Assembly (NCBI GenBank): GCA_046597055.1
Contig: JBKJLC010000241.1
Location: 1-25,106, forward strand
Length of the DNA: 25,106 nucleotides
Reading direction: 5' to 3'
Source of the DNA: Kofleriaceae bacterium
GTDB lineage: Bacteria > Myxococcota_A > Polyangia > Haliangiales > Haliangiaceae
Shown here: piece by piece, positions 1 to 7,566 of the stretch
Layout: every line of letters starts with the position of its first letter
How positions within the stretch are numbered: the first letter of the stretch is position 1
The notes under the pieces: model-generated
What the model saw: only the letters and a program-made list of their open reading frames with translations
What the model was told of the DNA's origin: nothing
The model's database searches: none
Translations under genes and position numbers: made by a program

Positions 1-16
1 ATCGGGATCAAGGCGT

Positions 17-547
17 TCACCGATCGCATGACGAAGGAATTTCGGGAAAACAACGTGCGGGTGCGGATCCGTTGAGCACGATCCGCTTCTGCAACGCGGC
101 CTGGTCCGACGGACTGAGCCGCATGATGGGGGTGTCGTCGGTGATCGCGGTCGGGCTGGACGGGGCACCGTTGCTCGTGACAGGCGTCCGATTCGTCGGC
201 TGGGGCGCAGCTCCGCGCGGGGGCGGCGCCAGCAGCGGCGGCAGCGCGAAGTTGCCGGCGGCGTACTCGAGCGCCTCGTCAGCGCCGTAGCCAGCCGCCT
301 GGAAGGATATCGCCCGGCGGGCCACTGCGAGCGGATCCGACTCGGCCGGCTGCGCGCGCTCGCCCTTGCTCGGCTTCGAAGTGAACGTGCGGCGAGCGTC
401 TGCCCACGCGGAATCGTGGGCGCGCTTGATCTCGGCGGCGACCGCGGCGCGGGTGCCCTCGTCGAGTCGATCGAGCGCGTTGGGCGCGGGCGAGTCGCCG
501 GTGGGCTGAGGGGGCTGGTTCGGGTTCTGGTCGTTCGGATCGTTCAT
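17..547 (-). CDS. Hypothetical protein, possibly phage scaffolding-like; 3' end uncertain
   Basis: AAGGA RBS then ATG. P/Q/N/D-rich N-terminus, a helical segment (AAVAAEIKRAHDSAWADARR) and a Pro-rich linker. Coding-like codon usage stops after ...QAALQKRI (about position 80). Confidence 0.6.
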   Translation of the reverse strand: MNDPNDQNPNQPPQPTGDSPAPNALDRLDEGTRAAVAAEIKRAHDSAWADARRTFTSKPSKGERAQPAESDPLAVARRAISFQAAGYGADEALEYAAGNFALPPLLAPPPRGAAPQPTNRTPVTSNGAPSSPTAITDDTPIMRLSPSDQAALQKRIVLNGSAPARCFPEIPSSCDR

Positions 548-550
548 TGA

Positions 551-1153
551 TCAGTCCTTTGGCGCCACGACGGGCGCCCATGCACGGGAACGGTTGGTGA
601 CCTCGACAGCGCCGATCTGCGCCGCCGGGTCCTCGATCAAAATCGCGGTGTCGCTGTAGGCGCGGACTGCGAGGTGGACTGTCCGGCCGAGGTAGTGGAC
701 GGGCACGCGGATGGGGCGCGCGGTCTTCATGCGGAACAGATCGGGGCCGGCGATGCTGACGTGGACGCCGAAGCAGTCGCGATCGACGCCCACGATCTCG
801 CCGGCCAGTCTTTCCCCGCTGAACTCGATCGCGACGCGCAGAAACTTCGCTGCGCGCAGCAGCAACTCGGTGCCGAGCGGGCTGTGATCGTCGAGGAGTG
901 GATCCTGGTGGCGCGGAGGTGGCGGACGACGCTCTTTCCTCGTCCCGATGACGTCAGCAAGGATGCCGTCTACGCCTACCGCGGTGATCGGCTGGCCAGC
1001 CCGCAGCTGATCGAGGACGCCGGACTTCGCGATCGCCACGAGCGCCGAGCCGAACTTGGGATCGCGCTGCCAGCCGAGCACGCGCGCCTTCACCGGGGCC
1101 GGCTCGTGGTCGAGGTGGACCAGGCCGAGGTCGAGTGAGCGGTGCAAGTTCAC
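551..1153 (-). CDS. Hypothetical protein with an apparent internal duplication
   Basis: GTG start overlaps the upstream stop (GTGA); high GC3; ends 3 nt before the next start. Confidence 0.7.
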   Translation of the reverse strand: MNLHRSLDLGLVHLDHEPAPVKARVLGWQRDPKFGSALVAIAKSGVLDQLRAGQPITAVGVDGILADVIGTRKERRPPPPRHQDPLLDDHSPLGTELLLRAAKFLRVAIEFSGERLAGEIVGVDRDCFGVHVSIAGPDLFRMKTARPIRVPVHYLGRTVHLAVRAYSDTAILIEDPAAQIGAVEVTNRSRAWAPVVAPKD

Positions 1154-1302
1154 GCCGCGACCCCGGGCACCGGGCCCCCTGGGACGTGGTTCGGCAGCTG
1201 GCGCGGGGGCGTCGGCGCCGGGATGTGGATCGGCGCCGGGGTGCCGATGGGGCCGGGACGCTGGGGAACGGGCGGACGTTTGGGGACATTGAAACCGGAC
1301 AT
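1150..1302 (-). CDS. Small Pro-rich hypothetical protein (50 aa, MSGFNVPKRPP...)
   Basis: AAGGAAG RBS before ATG at 1302; stop overlaps the next GTG start; fills the operon gap. Confidence 0.55.
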   Translation of the reverse strand: MSGFNVPKRPPVPQRPGPIGTPAPIHIPAPTPPRQLPNHVPGGPVPGVAA

Positions 1303-1313
1303 GGGATCTTCCT

Positions 1314-1526
1314 TCAGTGCGTGGTGGTGCGAGAAAGCCAGGCCGCGAGGCCGAGCGGTGAGAGGAAGTACGGGCGGGGCGCGCCGACGCTCAACAGCGT
1401 CTCGGCGAGCAGCCCGGTGGCCAGGGTCGAGTCGCCCACCGCTCGTTCGAGCTCGAGGTCGACCACGGTGGTCGCGAGGGTGCCCGCGAGGACGTCGATG
1501 GCGTCCGCGAGCTCGGCCGGGGTCAT
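1314..1526 (-). CDS. Small hypothetical protein (70 aa)
   Basis: High GC3 and amphipathic helical composition (MTPAELADAIDVLAGTL...); same orientation as its neighbours. Confidence 0.65.
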   Translation of the reverse strand: MTPAELADAIDVLAGTLATTVVDLELERAVGDSTLATGLLAETLLSVGAPRPYFLSPLGLAAWLSRTTTH

Positions 1527-1567
1527 CGGGGCACCGCCCGGTCGGGCTCGCTGGGGGAGCGCCGATC

Positions 1568-1700
1568 GGGAGAGTCACCCCGGGTTCCTGCTCCCTCGAC
1601 GCGGGACTCTCCTACCCTCCCACCCACTAGGGGATGGGAGAGTAGTAGGGGAGGGGTCTCCCAACTCTCCCTGGGAGAGTGCGGGAGAGTGCGGGAGAGT
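1568..1700. repeat. Iteron array (GGGAGAGT, direct and inverted); putative replication origin of the element
   Basis: GGGAGAGT at 1568, 1636, 1673, 1683 and 1693 (last three spaced 10 bp apart); inverted ACTCTCC(C) at 1606 and 1664; lies immediately downstream of the helicase stop. Confidence 0.75.
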
Positions 1701-1710
1701 CGGGGACCGG

Positions 1711-2958
1711 TCACGATTCGACCTCGGTGCGCATGCCTGCGGCGGCGGCGCGATCGGGGGTCCAGAGCGGCCAGAACCCGCCGGCCTTGCGCCCGGACAC
1801 CACGGATACGATCCGGCGGTCGGCCAGCAGGGCGGCGATCACGGCGGACCGGTCGTTGTTGCGCACGCTGGCGCCGATCCCGATCTCCTGCCGGGTCTGA
1901 GGCCGATCGGCCGAGCCGAGGAAACCGAGCACGGCGAGCTCGACTTGCGCACGCTTCGTGTCGATCCTGGCCGACGACTGCTCGGCCCGCCGCTCCGCCC
2001 CGGACACGGCCGTGCCGGCGATGCGCCAGGCGCCAGTGCGGCCGTTGTACACCGCAGGGATCACGCGGTCGCCCTGGCCCATGCGGCCCTTGCCGATCGA
2101 GATGTCGATCGCGGTGGTGCCATCCTCCTGCGGCCTCATCGAGCCGAGCGCGATCGTCACCGCTGCCATGCGCTCGATCTGCGCGGTCTCCGCGCCGGTG
2201 CTGGTGGTGTCGGCGCCGACCAGCTCGCCGTCGCGCAGCGCCTTGGACGACACGCGCGAGGTCTGAGAGAGCGCGAGCACGACCACGCCGAGCCGCTGTG
2301 CAAAGCGTCGGATCGACTCCGCGATCGAGGCGACCCGGATCCGCTCTTCGCGTCCCTCACCCTCGAGGAGTTGCAGGTAGTCGATCACGACGAGGATCGG
2401 CTGGTCGGGCGACTCCGTGCGCAGCCGCAGCACCGTCGCCTCAGCCTTGGAGAGCGTCGCGTCGGCCCCCGCCAGCACGACCATGCGGGCAAGATCGGCC
2501 AGCGCGTCGGACATGCGATCGACGGGCACGCGGCCGCGGGTCACGTCCTCCCACGACTCGCCGCAGACCATCCCGACCAGCCGGGCGCCAACCTCGTCGG
2601 CGCTCAACTCGATCGAGACGTACACGACCGGGCCGACGTGGTGCGCGTGGTGGCGTGCGGTGTCGATCACGAGCGACGACTTGCCGGCGCCGGAAGGGGC
2701 GGTGAACACGACCACCTGGCCAGCCCGGCCGCGCGCGTACTCCGTGAGGACCGAGCCGACGCGCAGCGAGACCCACGGCAACTTGGCGCACTCGGCGATC
2801 AGTGCTGCGAGGTCGGGCGCGCGGTAGCGCAGCGGCTCGACGACCTCGACCTGGTCCGTCTCGCGCGATGCGTCGATCGGCAGCGGCTCGACGTCGGCAC
2901 CCACGCTTTGACGGATGCGCGCCAGCCGCACGCGATCGATCTCGATGACATCACTCAT
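1711..2958 (-). CDS. DnaB-like (SF4, RecA-fold) replicative helicase with a possible C-terminal winged helix
   Basis: Walker A APSGAGKSS, YVSIEL, Walker B VVIDYLQLL, VVVLALSQTSR, QIERMA and IGKGRMG. ATG at 2958 overlaps the primase stop (ATGA); the longer ORF-track start is a spurious extension. Confidence 0.9.
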   Translation of the reverse strand: MSDVIEIDRVRLARIRQSVGADVEPLPIDASRETDQVEVVEPLRYRAPDLAALIAECAKLPWVSLRVGSVLTEYARGRAGQVVVFTAPSGAGKSSLVIDTARHHAHHVGPVVYVSIELSADEVGARLVGMVCGESWEDVTRGRVPVDRMSDALADLARMVVLAGADATLSKAEATVLRLRTESPDQPILVVIDYLQLLEGEGREERIRVASIAESIRRFAQRLGVVVLALSQTSRVSSKALRDGELVGADTTSTGAETAQIERMAAVTIALGSMRPQEDGTTAIDISIGKGRMGQGDRVIPAVYNGRTGAWRIAGTAVSGAERRAEQSSARIDTKRAQVELAVLGFLGSADRPQTRQEIGIGASVRNNDRSAVIAALLADRRIVSVVSGRKAGGFWPLWTPDRAAAAGMRTEVES

Positions 2959-3824
2959 GGGCGGCCCTCGAGTAGGTAGCCGCGAGCCCGCGTGCATCGC
3001 TCGCTGGCCTGCAAGAGCTTGTGCGCCAGTTCGCGGTCGCTCCACGGCGGCGAGCACCGCGGGTTGAAGTCCTGGGCGATCAGCGCGTGCGTGGTCCCGG
3101 CGTCGAGGTCGAACCCGGCCATCACGGCGGCGACCGCGTCCCAGAGCGCGCCGTGGCCACCCGAGCCGGACACCGACGCCGGCAGCTTCGCGAGGTACGC
3201 GCGCGCCCGGCGCACCCGCTGCTCGTCGGAGACGGTCGTCAGCGTGGCGACCGGCAGCAAGCGCGGGGCGTCGCCAGCGCCGTTGATCGCGGCGAGCCAG
3301 AGCGCCGGCAGGGGCGACAAGGGTTCGTCGTCGTCCGCGATCCACGAGTAGCCGGGCGACGGCGGCAGCACGACGAGTCCGCCATCCGCTCGCACGTCGA
3401 TCCCGGGGCGGCCGTTGAGCAACTTGGCGATCTGCCCGGTGGTCGCGCCCGAGCGGACGCGGATGCCGGAGCCCGGGTGCGCGCAGTAGATGTGCAGGCC
3501 GCCCGAGCGCGTGCGTGCGACCCGATCGCGCGGCAGCGGGCCGAGTACGTCGGGCGCCTCGAGCTCGGCGAGGAGTCGCTCGCCATCGTGCTTGGCATCG
3601 ACGTCGATCACGACGGTGCCGGACGTGATGCCCGTCGGGGTGCCGATGAACGGCATCCGCCGGTCCCGGTGCCAGCCCTCGATCACCGCGGTATCGATCG
3701 TCGCGCCCTCGGCATGGTCGCGGCCGGTGGGGATCGTCGGACGCTTGTCGGGGCCGAGCGGGATGATCGGCCAGGGGTTAGATCGATCGACGTAGCCGAA
3801 CGCGGCTGCGAGCAGAGAGCTCAC
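2955..3824 (-). CDS. Bifunctional DNA primase/polymerase (Prim-Pol, AEP family) with a PriCT-like C-terminal domain
   Basis: WPIIPLGPDKRP, IGTPTG...VVIDVD, RTRSGGLHIY, IDVRADGGLVVLPPS, and C-terminal FNPRCSPPWSDRELAHK. GTG start overlaps the upstream stop. Confidence 0.92.
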   Translation of the reverse strand: MSSLLAAAFGYVDRSNPWPIIPLGPDKRPTIPTGRDHAEGATIDTAVIEGWHRDRRMPFIGTPTGITSGTVVIDVDAKHDGERLLAELEAPDVLGPLPRDRVARTRSGGLHIYCAHPGSGIRVRSGATTGQIAKLLNGRPGIDVRADGGLVVLPPSPGYSWIADDDEPLSPLPALWLAAINGAGDAPRLLPVATLTTVSDEQRVRRARAYLAKLPASVSGSGGHGALWDAVAAVMAGFDLDAGTTHALIAQDFNPRCSPPWSDRELAHKLLQASERCTRARGYLLEGRP

Positions 3825-4033
3825 GCCGCGCTGCCCTCGGGCGCCGAGGTCGGGACGTCCTCGGTCGGCTCCCACAGGCTCAAGCACGCGAGCTGCTCGG
3901 GGTTCGCCGAGCGGACGTGCGAGATGACGGCGCGCAAGAGCTTGGCGTGCGCCGCGGGGTCGCCGACCTGGGCGAGCTTCGCGAACGCCAGGCGGAACAA
4001 CTCGCCGGCGACGTCCTCGGCCAGCCGGCTCAC
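3821..4033 (-). CDS. Small hypothetical protein (70 aa)
   Basis: GTGA overlaps at both ends; high GC3; helical composition. Confidence 0.65.
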   Translation of the reverse strand: MSRLAEDVAGELFRLAFAKLAQVGDPAAHAKLLRAVISHVRSANPEQLACLSLWEPTEDVPTSAPEGSAA

Positions 4034-4200
4034 GGGTTCACCGACCGCATGACGGCCGCGATGCGCCGCGCCAGCACGTCGAGCGCGCGGTCGCACACGT
4101 TCGCGTCGACCTTGCCGAGCGCCCGTAGTGCGGCGATCAGTGCGTCGGCGGTGCCGTGGAACTCGCGCTCGAGTGCGTCGGCGGTGGGCGCGGCGATCAT
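4030..4200 (-). CDS. Small hypothetical protein (56 aa)
   Basis: ATGA and GTGA overlaps with both neighbours; sequence MIAAPTADALEREFHG... Confidence 0.65.
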   Translation of the reverse strand: MIAAPTADALEREFHGTADALIAALRALGKVDANVCDRALDVLARRIAAVMRSVNP

Positions 4201-4514
4201 CGCGACCCCCGGGCCGTCGCGGCGATCCGCTCGAGCGCCGGCGTGGTGTTCGCCGGGGCGCGGGGGCGCGGGGCTACCGCTTTCGTCGGGGCCGGGACTT
4301 GCGGGGTCGACCCCGACAGCCACGCGAGCACGGCCGGCGTGTTGTACATGCGGACGCCCGTGCCGCCACGCCTGCCAATGGGGCGCAGGGCGCCAGTCTT
4401 GGCGGCGAGGTCCAGGCCGGAGAAGCTCGCGACCCGTCCGCGGACCAGCGTGGTCGCGGAGACGATGGGCTCACGGGTCCAGTCGGTGTGTGATGCGGTG
4501 TCCTTGCGGGCCAT
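4197..4514 (-). CDS. Excisionase-like / MerR-type small DNA-binding protein
   Basis: GALRPIGRRGGTGVRMYNTPAVLAWL resembles the wing and final helix of Xis/HTH_17 proteins; first gene of the coupled replication operon. Confidence 0.55.
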   Translation of the reverse strand: MARKDTASHTDWTREPIVSATTLVRGRVASFSGLDLAAKTGALRPIGRRGGTGVRMYNTPAVLAWLSGSTPQVPAPTKAVAPRPRAPANTTPALERIAATARGSR

Positions 4515-4567
4515 GGTGTTGACCCCACAGGACCCGGCGGTTTGACCGAGCTATGCCCCGGAAGTAG

Positions 4568-5455
4568 CTATCTACGCGCATCCATTGAGAGAAAAAACCG
4601 CGCTTTCCCGTTGCGCTGGTCCACGGTCAAGCTGGCATCTCGTGCGGCCACGAACGCGGCAGCAACCGGATCGAGCTCGGTGGGTGACGGACCTTCGGCT
4701 CGCAGGGCCCATCCGAGTCTTCGGAGGGACGTACGGCGGTCGCGAATCTGGTCGGGCGTCCCGAGCCCAGCGGCGGCGAGGTCGGCATCCGTGGCGAGCT
4801 GCCCCACCGTGACCAAGGTGGAGTTCTCGGCGCTGCCGATCCGGCAACGTCCCCAGCCGGCGACGATCGCCTGACGTAGACACCAATTCGCCGTGGTCTC
4901 AGCCACCCACTTGCCCGCGCCGAATTCGTCGAACTCTACGTAGTGGATCACGCCGCTGTCGTAGTGCTTCCAGGAGTGACGCGCTGCGCCCATCCAGTCG
5001 ATCAGTCCGAGCAAGCCCTTCGCGGCGCGTCGGTCGTGCACTCGCAGCGCCTCGGCCATTGGGATGGGGTCTTTAGCGATCGCCGCGTCGAGCCGGCGCA
5101 GGGTCACGCCTCCGTCTGCGCGTGCGTCTGCGTCCAGCGCGATCAGGGCGGCGAGTGCCTTCGTGGCCATGCTCTGGCGCATCGCCGTGGGCAGGTAGCC
5201 ACCCGGCACTGCGCGCTTGAGCGTCCGGTTGCCGCCGACCTTGCGCTCGATAGCGGCCTCGGGATCCCACGCGTAGACGCCGTGGCGGACGGCAACTATG
5301 CCCGCTCGGCGGAGCGCACGTAGCCGGCGGCCGACCTTCGCGACTGACGTTCCTAGCTCGTCGGCGATGATCTCGATCGCTGTTTGGTCGGCAGGCGCGT
5401 CACGATCGTACCGCCGCATCCGCTGTAACAGCTTCTGATCGAACGTGTCGTCCAT
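4568..5455 (-). CDS. Winged-helix domain protein with an unrecognised C-terminal region
   Basis: AGGAG RBS. IEIIADELGTSVAKVGRRLRALRRAGIV is a wHTH signature. Codon usage looks less GC3-biased than host genes. Confidence 0.7.
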   Translation of the reverse strand: MDDTFDQKLLQRMRRYDRDAPADQTAIEIIADELGTSVAKVGRRLRALRRAGIVAVRHGVYAWDPEAAIERKVGGNRTLKRAVPGGYLPTAMRQSMATKALAALIALDADARADGGVTLRRLDAAIAKDPIPMAEALRVHDRRAAKGLLGLIDWMGAARHSWKHYDSGVIHYVEFDEFGAGKWVAETTANWCLRQAIVAGWGRCRIGSAENSTLVTVGQLATDADLAAAGLGTPDQIRDRRTSLRRLGWALRAEGPSPTELDPVAAAFVAARDASLTVDQRNGKARFFLSMDARR

Positions 5456-5680
5456 GTTCCGCTCCTGGGCGGTGTCCTGGTCTCGGAAAAGTCGCGTCGA
5501 GCTGCCCGTCCCAGGAGAAACGGGGCACCGCTGGCCGGCGGAGCTCGACGCGGAGAATCACATTCGCAAACGGTACAGAGCTGGTGTGACGCCGGAGCGT
5601 GGGTGCCATTCCGCCACCACCTCCGCACCCACCTGCCCGGTGCCCGATGGGGTTCGTTGACGTGGTCGCCGATGGAGTCT

Positions 5681-5700
5681 CCGACGAGGACCGACGAGGA
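5681..5700 (+). repeat. Tandem 10-bp repeat CCGACGAGGA x2, possible integrase arm-binding sites
   Basis: Perfect tandem repeat about 13 nt inside the att fragment. Confidence 0.45.
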
Positions 5701-5713
5701 CTGAGCCCATCCG

Positions 5714-5760
5714 ACCACTTCACACGGTGGAAGTCGTAGGTTCGACCCCTACAGCGCCCA
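5714..5760 (+). pseudogene. 3' half of tRNA-Val(CAC), att site of the integrated element
   Basis: Anticodon loop TT-CAC-AC (5719-5725), GGTGG stem strand, variable loop AAGTC, T arm GTAGG-TTCGACC-CCTAC, acceptor strand AGCGCCC-A. No D arm or 5' acceptor strand upstream. Confidence 0.88.
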
Positions 5761-5912
5761 CGAAGATTGCGACGCGCGGCTCGTCCTTCGACCGGCGCAG
5801 CATCATCGGGGCGTGGCGGCGGGCGGCGCAGCTGGATCCGCGGGCCCGGCGATGTCGGACCGCTGCGCTAGAGCTGAGCGGCACTGGCCCGCACGGGCCC
5901 GGGGAGGACCTC

Positions 5913-6191
5913 ATGACCGACCTGCTCCGTCCGCCGCTCCTGTCGTCGTCTGACTCGCTGGTGCGCAGCCTGCTCGCGATCGAGCGCGAGGCCCACAGTC
6001 TGTTCACGGACGCCCAGTGGGGCGATGTCAATGTGCTGCGGCGGCTCGAGGCTGCCCACCTGATCGAGACCCTCCGCGCTGACGGCGACGACAGCTGCGA
6101 GGCGTGGCTGACCGACGCCGGCTGGCGGGTGATCGGCTTCGACTCCCTGCCTGACGCCGCGGGACCGTCGGGACGGACCGCGACGGACTGA
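5913..6191 (+). CDS. Hypothetical protein (92 aa, possibly winged-helix-like)
   Basis: GGAGG RBS before ATG at 5913; VLRRLEAAHLIE...AWLTDAGWRV resembles the end of a wHTH. Confidence 0.6.
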   Translation: MTDLLRPPLLSSSDSLVRSLLAIEREAHSLFTDAQWGDVNVLRRLEAAHLIETLRADGDDSCEAWLTDAGWRVIGFDSLPDAAGPSGRTATD

Positions 6192-6209
6192 GCGGCCGCG
6201 ACCTGGGCC

Positions 6210-7181
6210 TCAGTGCTTGCGGTACTTGTCGCCGGTGGTCGCGGTCTCTTCGGCCTGCGCCCAGTCGACCAGCTGATCATCGTCGACCGGCACCGCGTCG
6301 CCTGGTTTCTTCCACTGCTCGCCGACGTCGGTCTCGGGCTCGAAGTCGGTCGCCGTCGTCGCGCGCCGCGCGGCCGGCGGCGCCGTGCGAGCACCCTTGG
6401 CCGTGCCGGTCGGCGCCGCCGCGCCCGGCGGGGTCGAGGTCGCGGAGGCCTGCGGTCGGCGCGCGGCCGCGATCGGCTGCGTCGAGCGCGTGGTGGCGCC
6501 CGGCGCCCGCGGCAGCGGCGGTGGATCACCGAGCGGCTCGGGCTCCATCGACCGCGCCGCGATCCGGCTCGAGTCGGTGCGGTTGTCCGAGCGCTCGGCC
6601 GCGAGGCTCGCGAGGTCGAGCGGCGCCGCCGCGACCCGCGCGATGTCCGCGATCGGGTCGGGCACGCCGCTCACCGGCGGCAGCGGCGCGGCGTCCTTCG
6701 CGGGCGCGGGTGCCAGGGGTGCCGGCGCGGGCGCCAAGGGCACCGGCGCGGGGGGCACCGGCAGCGGGGCCGGCGCGGGCGCGGCCGCGGCGATCGACGC
6801 CGAGGCCGGCGTGGACGCCGCCGCCACCGGTACCCCGGGGACCGTGGTCGCCCGCGGCGATGCGGTGGCCACCGCGACCGGCGGCGGCGCCGCGACCAGC
6901 CCGCGCCCGAGCCCGCGCTGGGCAATGTCGGCCAGGCAGGCCCACATGACGGCTGCCGGCACGTGCTCGCACATCGTGCCGATGCCGACGGTGTCGACCA
7001 CCAGCCGCGCGTCGACGCGCGGCGTGCCCAGGCAGACCGAAATGAGCCTGGACCACACCGGCCGCGGCAGGTGCACGCCCAGCAGGTCGGGCGTCGCATG
7101 GCGCAGCACGTCCTCGGGCGCAGCCATCCCGGTGTCGATCGCCGACTCGAGCGCTGCGGTGAGGAAGGCCGAGAGCGACAT
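6210..7181 (-). CDS. Hypothetical protein: helical double-repeat domain, long Pro/Ala linker, acidic C-terminal tail
   Basis: TGATG overlap with the upstream gene; N-terminal domain paralogous to 7181-7486 (DVLRHATP shared). Confidence 0.8.
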   Translation of the reverse strand: MSLSAFLTAALESAIDTGMAAPEDVLRHATPDLLGVHLPRPVWSRLISVCLGTPRVDARLVVDTVGIGTMCEHVPAAVMWACLADIAQRGLGRGLVAAPPPVAVATASPRATTVPGVPVAAASTPASASIAAAAPAPAPLPVPPAPVPLAPAPAPLAPAPAKDAAPLPPVSGVPDPIADIARVAAAPLDLASLAAERSDNRTDSSRIAARSMEPEPLGDPPPLPRAPGATTRSTQPIAAARRPQASATSTPPGAAAPTGTAKGARTAPPAARRATTATDFEPETDVGEQWKKPGDAVPVDDDQLVDWAQAEETATTGDKYRKH

Positions 7182-7486
7182 CACCGGGACCCGGGGCTCC
7201 CGACGCCGGCGCGCGCTGCCGCGGCCGCGATGCACTCCCACAGCACGTCGTGCGGCAGGTGGCGCGACATGACCTCGGGCGTGACGGTCTCGAGCACGCG
7301 GTCGGGCGTCATCGCCCCTGCGGCCAGCGACGCCGCCAGCACCTTGGACAGCAGCTCGGGCGGCAAGTTGTTGGCGAGCACCTCGGGCGTCGCGTGGCGC
7401 AAGACATCCGCGGGCGCGAAGATCTGCTGCTCGAGCCCCGACTCCATCATCTTTGCGAACCAGCGTTGCCGGCCTTCGATCGACAT
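7181..7486 (-). CDS. Hypothetical protein made of two roughly 37-aa helical repeats
   Basis: AGGAGAG RBS; high GC3; repeats APADVLRHATPEVLANNLP and TPDRVLETVTPEVMSRHLP. Confidence 0.85.
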   Translation of the reverse strand: MSIEGRQRWFAKMMESGLEQQIFAPADVLRHATPEVLANNLPPELLSKVLAASLAAGAMTPDRVLETVTPEVMSRHLPHDVLWECIAAAAARAGVGSPGSR

Positions 7487-7566
7487 GACTCTCCTGGGAC
7501 CAGCGGCACGGTACTACCCCCGCCGGCTCGCGTTCACGGTATCACACCGCCAACGGTCGGCCGGGG

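Larger units (their letters stand above)
1..5760. mobile_element. End of an integrated phage-satellite/prophage-like element inserted at tRNA-Val (other end and integrase outside the window)
   Basis: tRNA 3' fragment at 5714-5760 forms the boundary. A co-oriented wHTH, excisionase-like, Prim-Pol, DnaB-like helicase, iterons and small ORFs with 4-nt ATGA/GTGA overlaps lie to its left; host-type genes begin to its right. Confidence 0.85.

Noticed and set aside
1568..1700. CRISPR array
   Set aside because: Repeats are 8 bp, irregularly spaced and in both orientations; no cas genes in the window.
1523..1714. 63-aa ORF overlapping both neighbours
   Set aside because: It runs across the iteron array with poor codon bias. 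It could be translated by coupling, but the DNA repeats explain the region better.
5714..5760. Intact tRNA-Val gene
   Set aside because: The 5' acceptor strand and D arm are absent and the anticodon stem cannot pair fully; treated as an att fragment.
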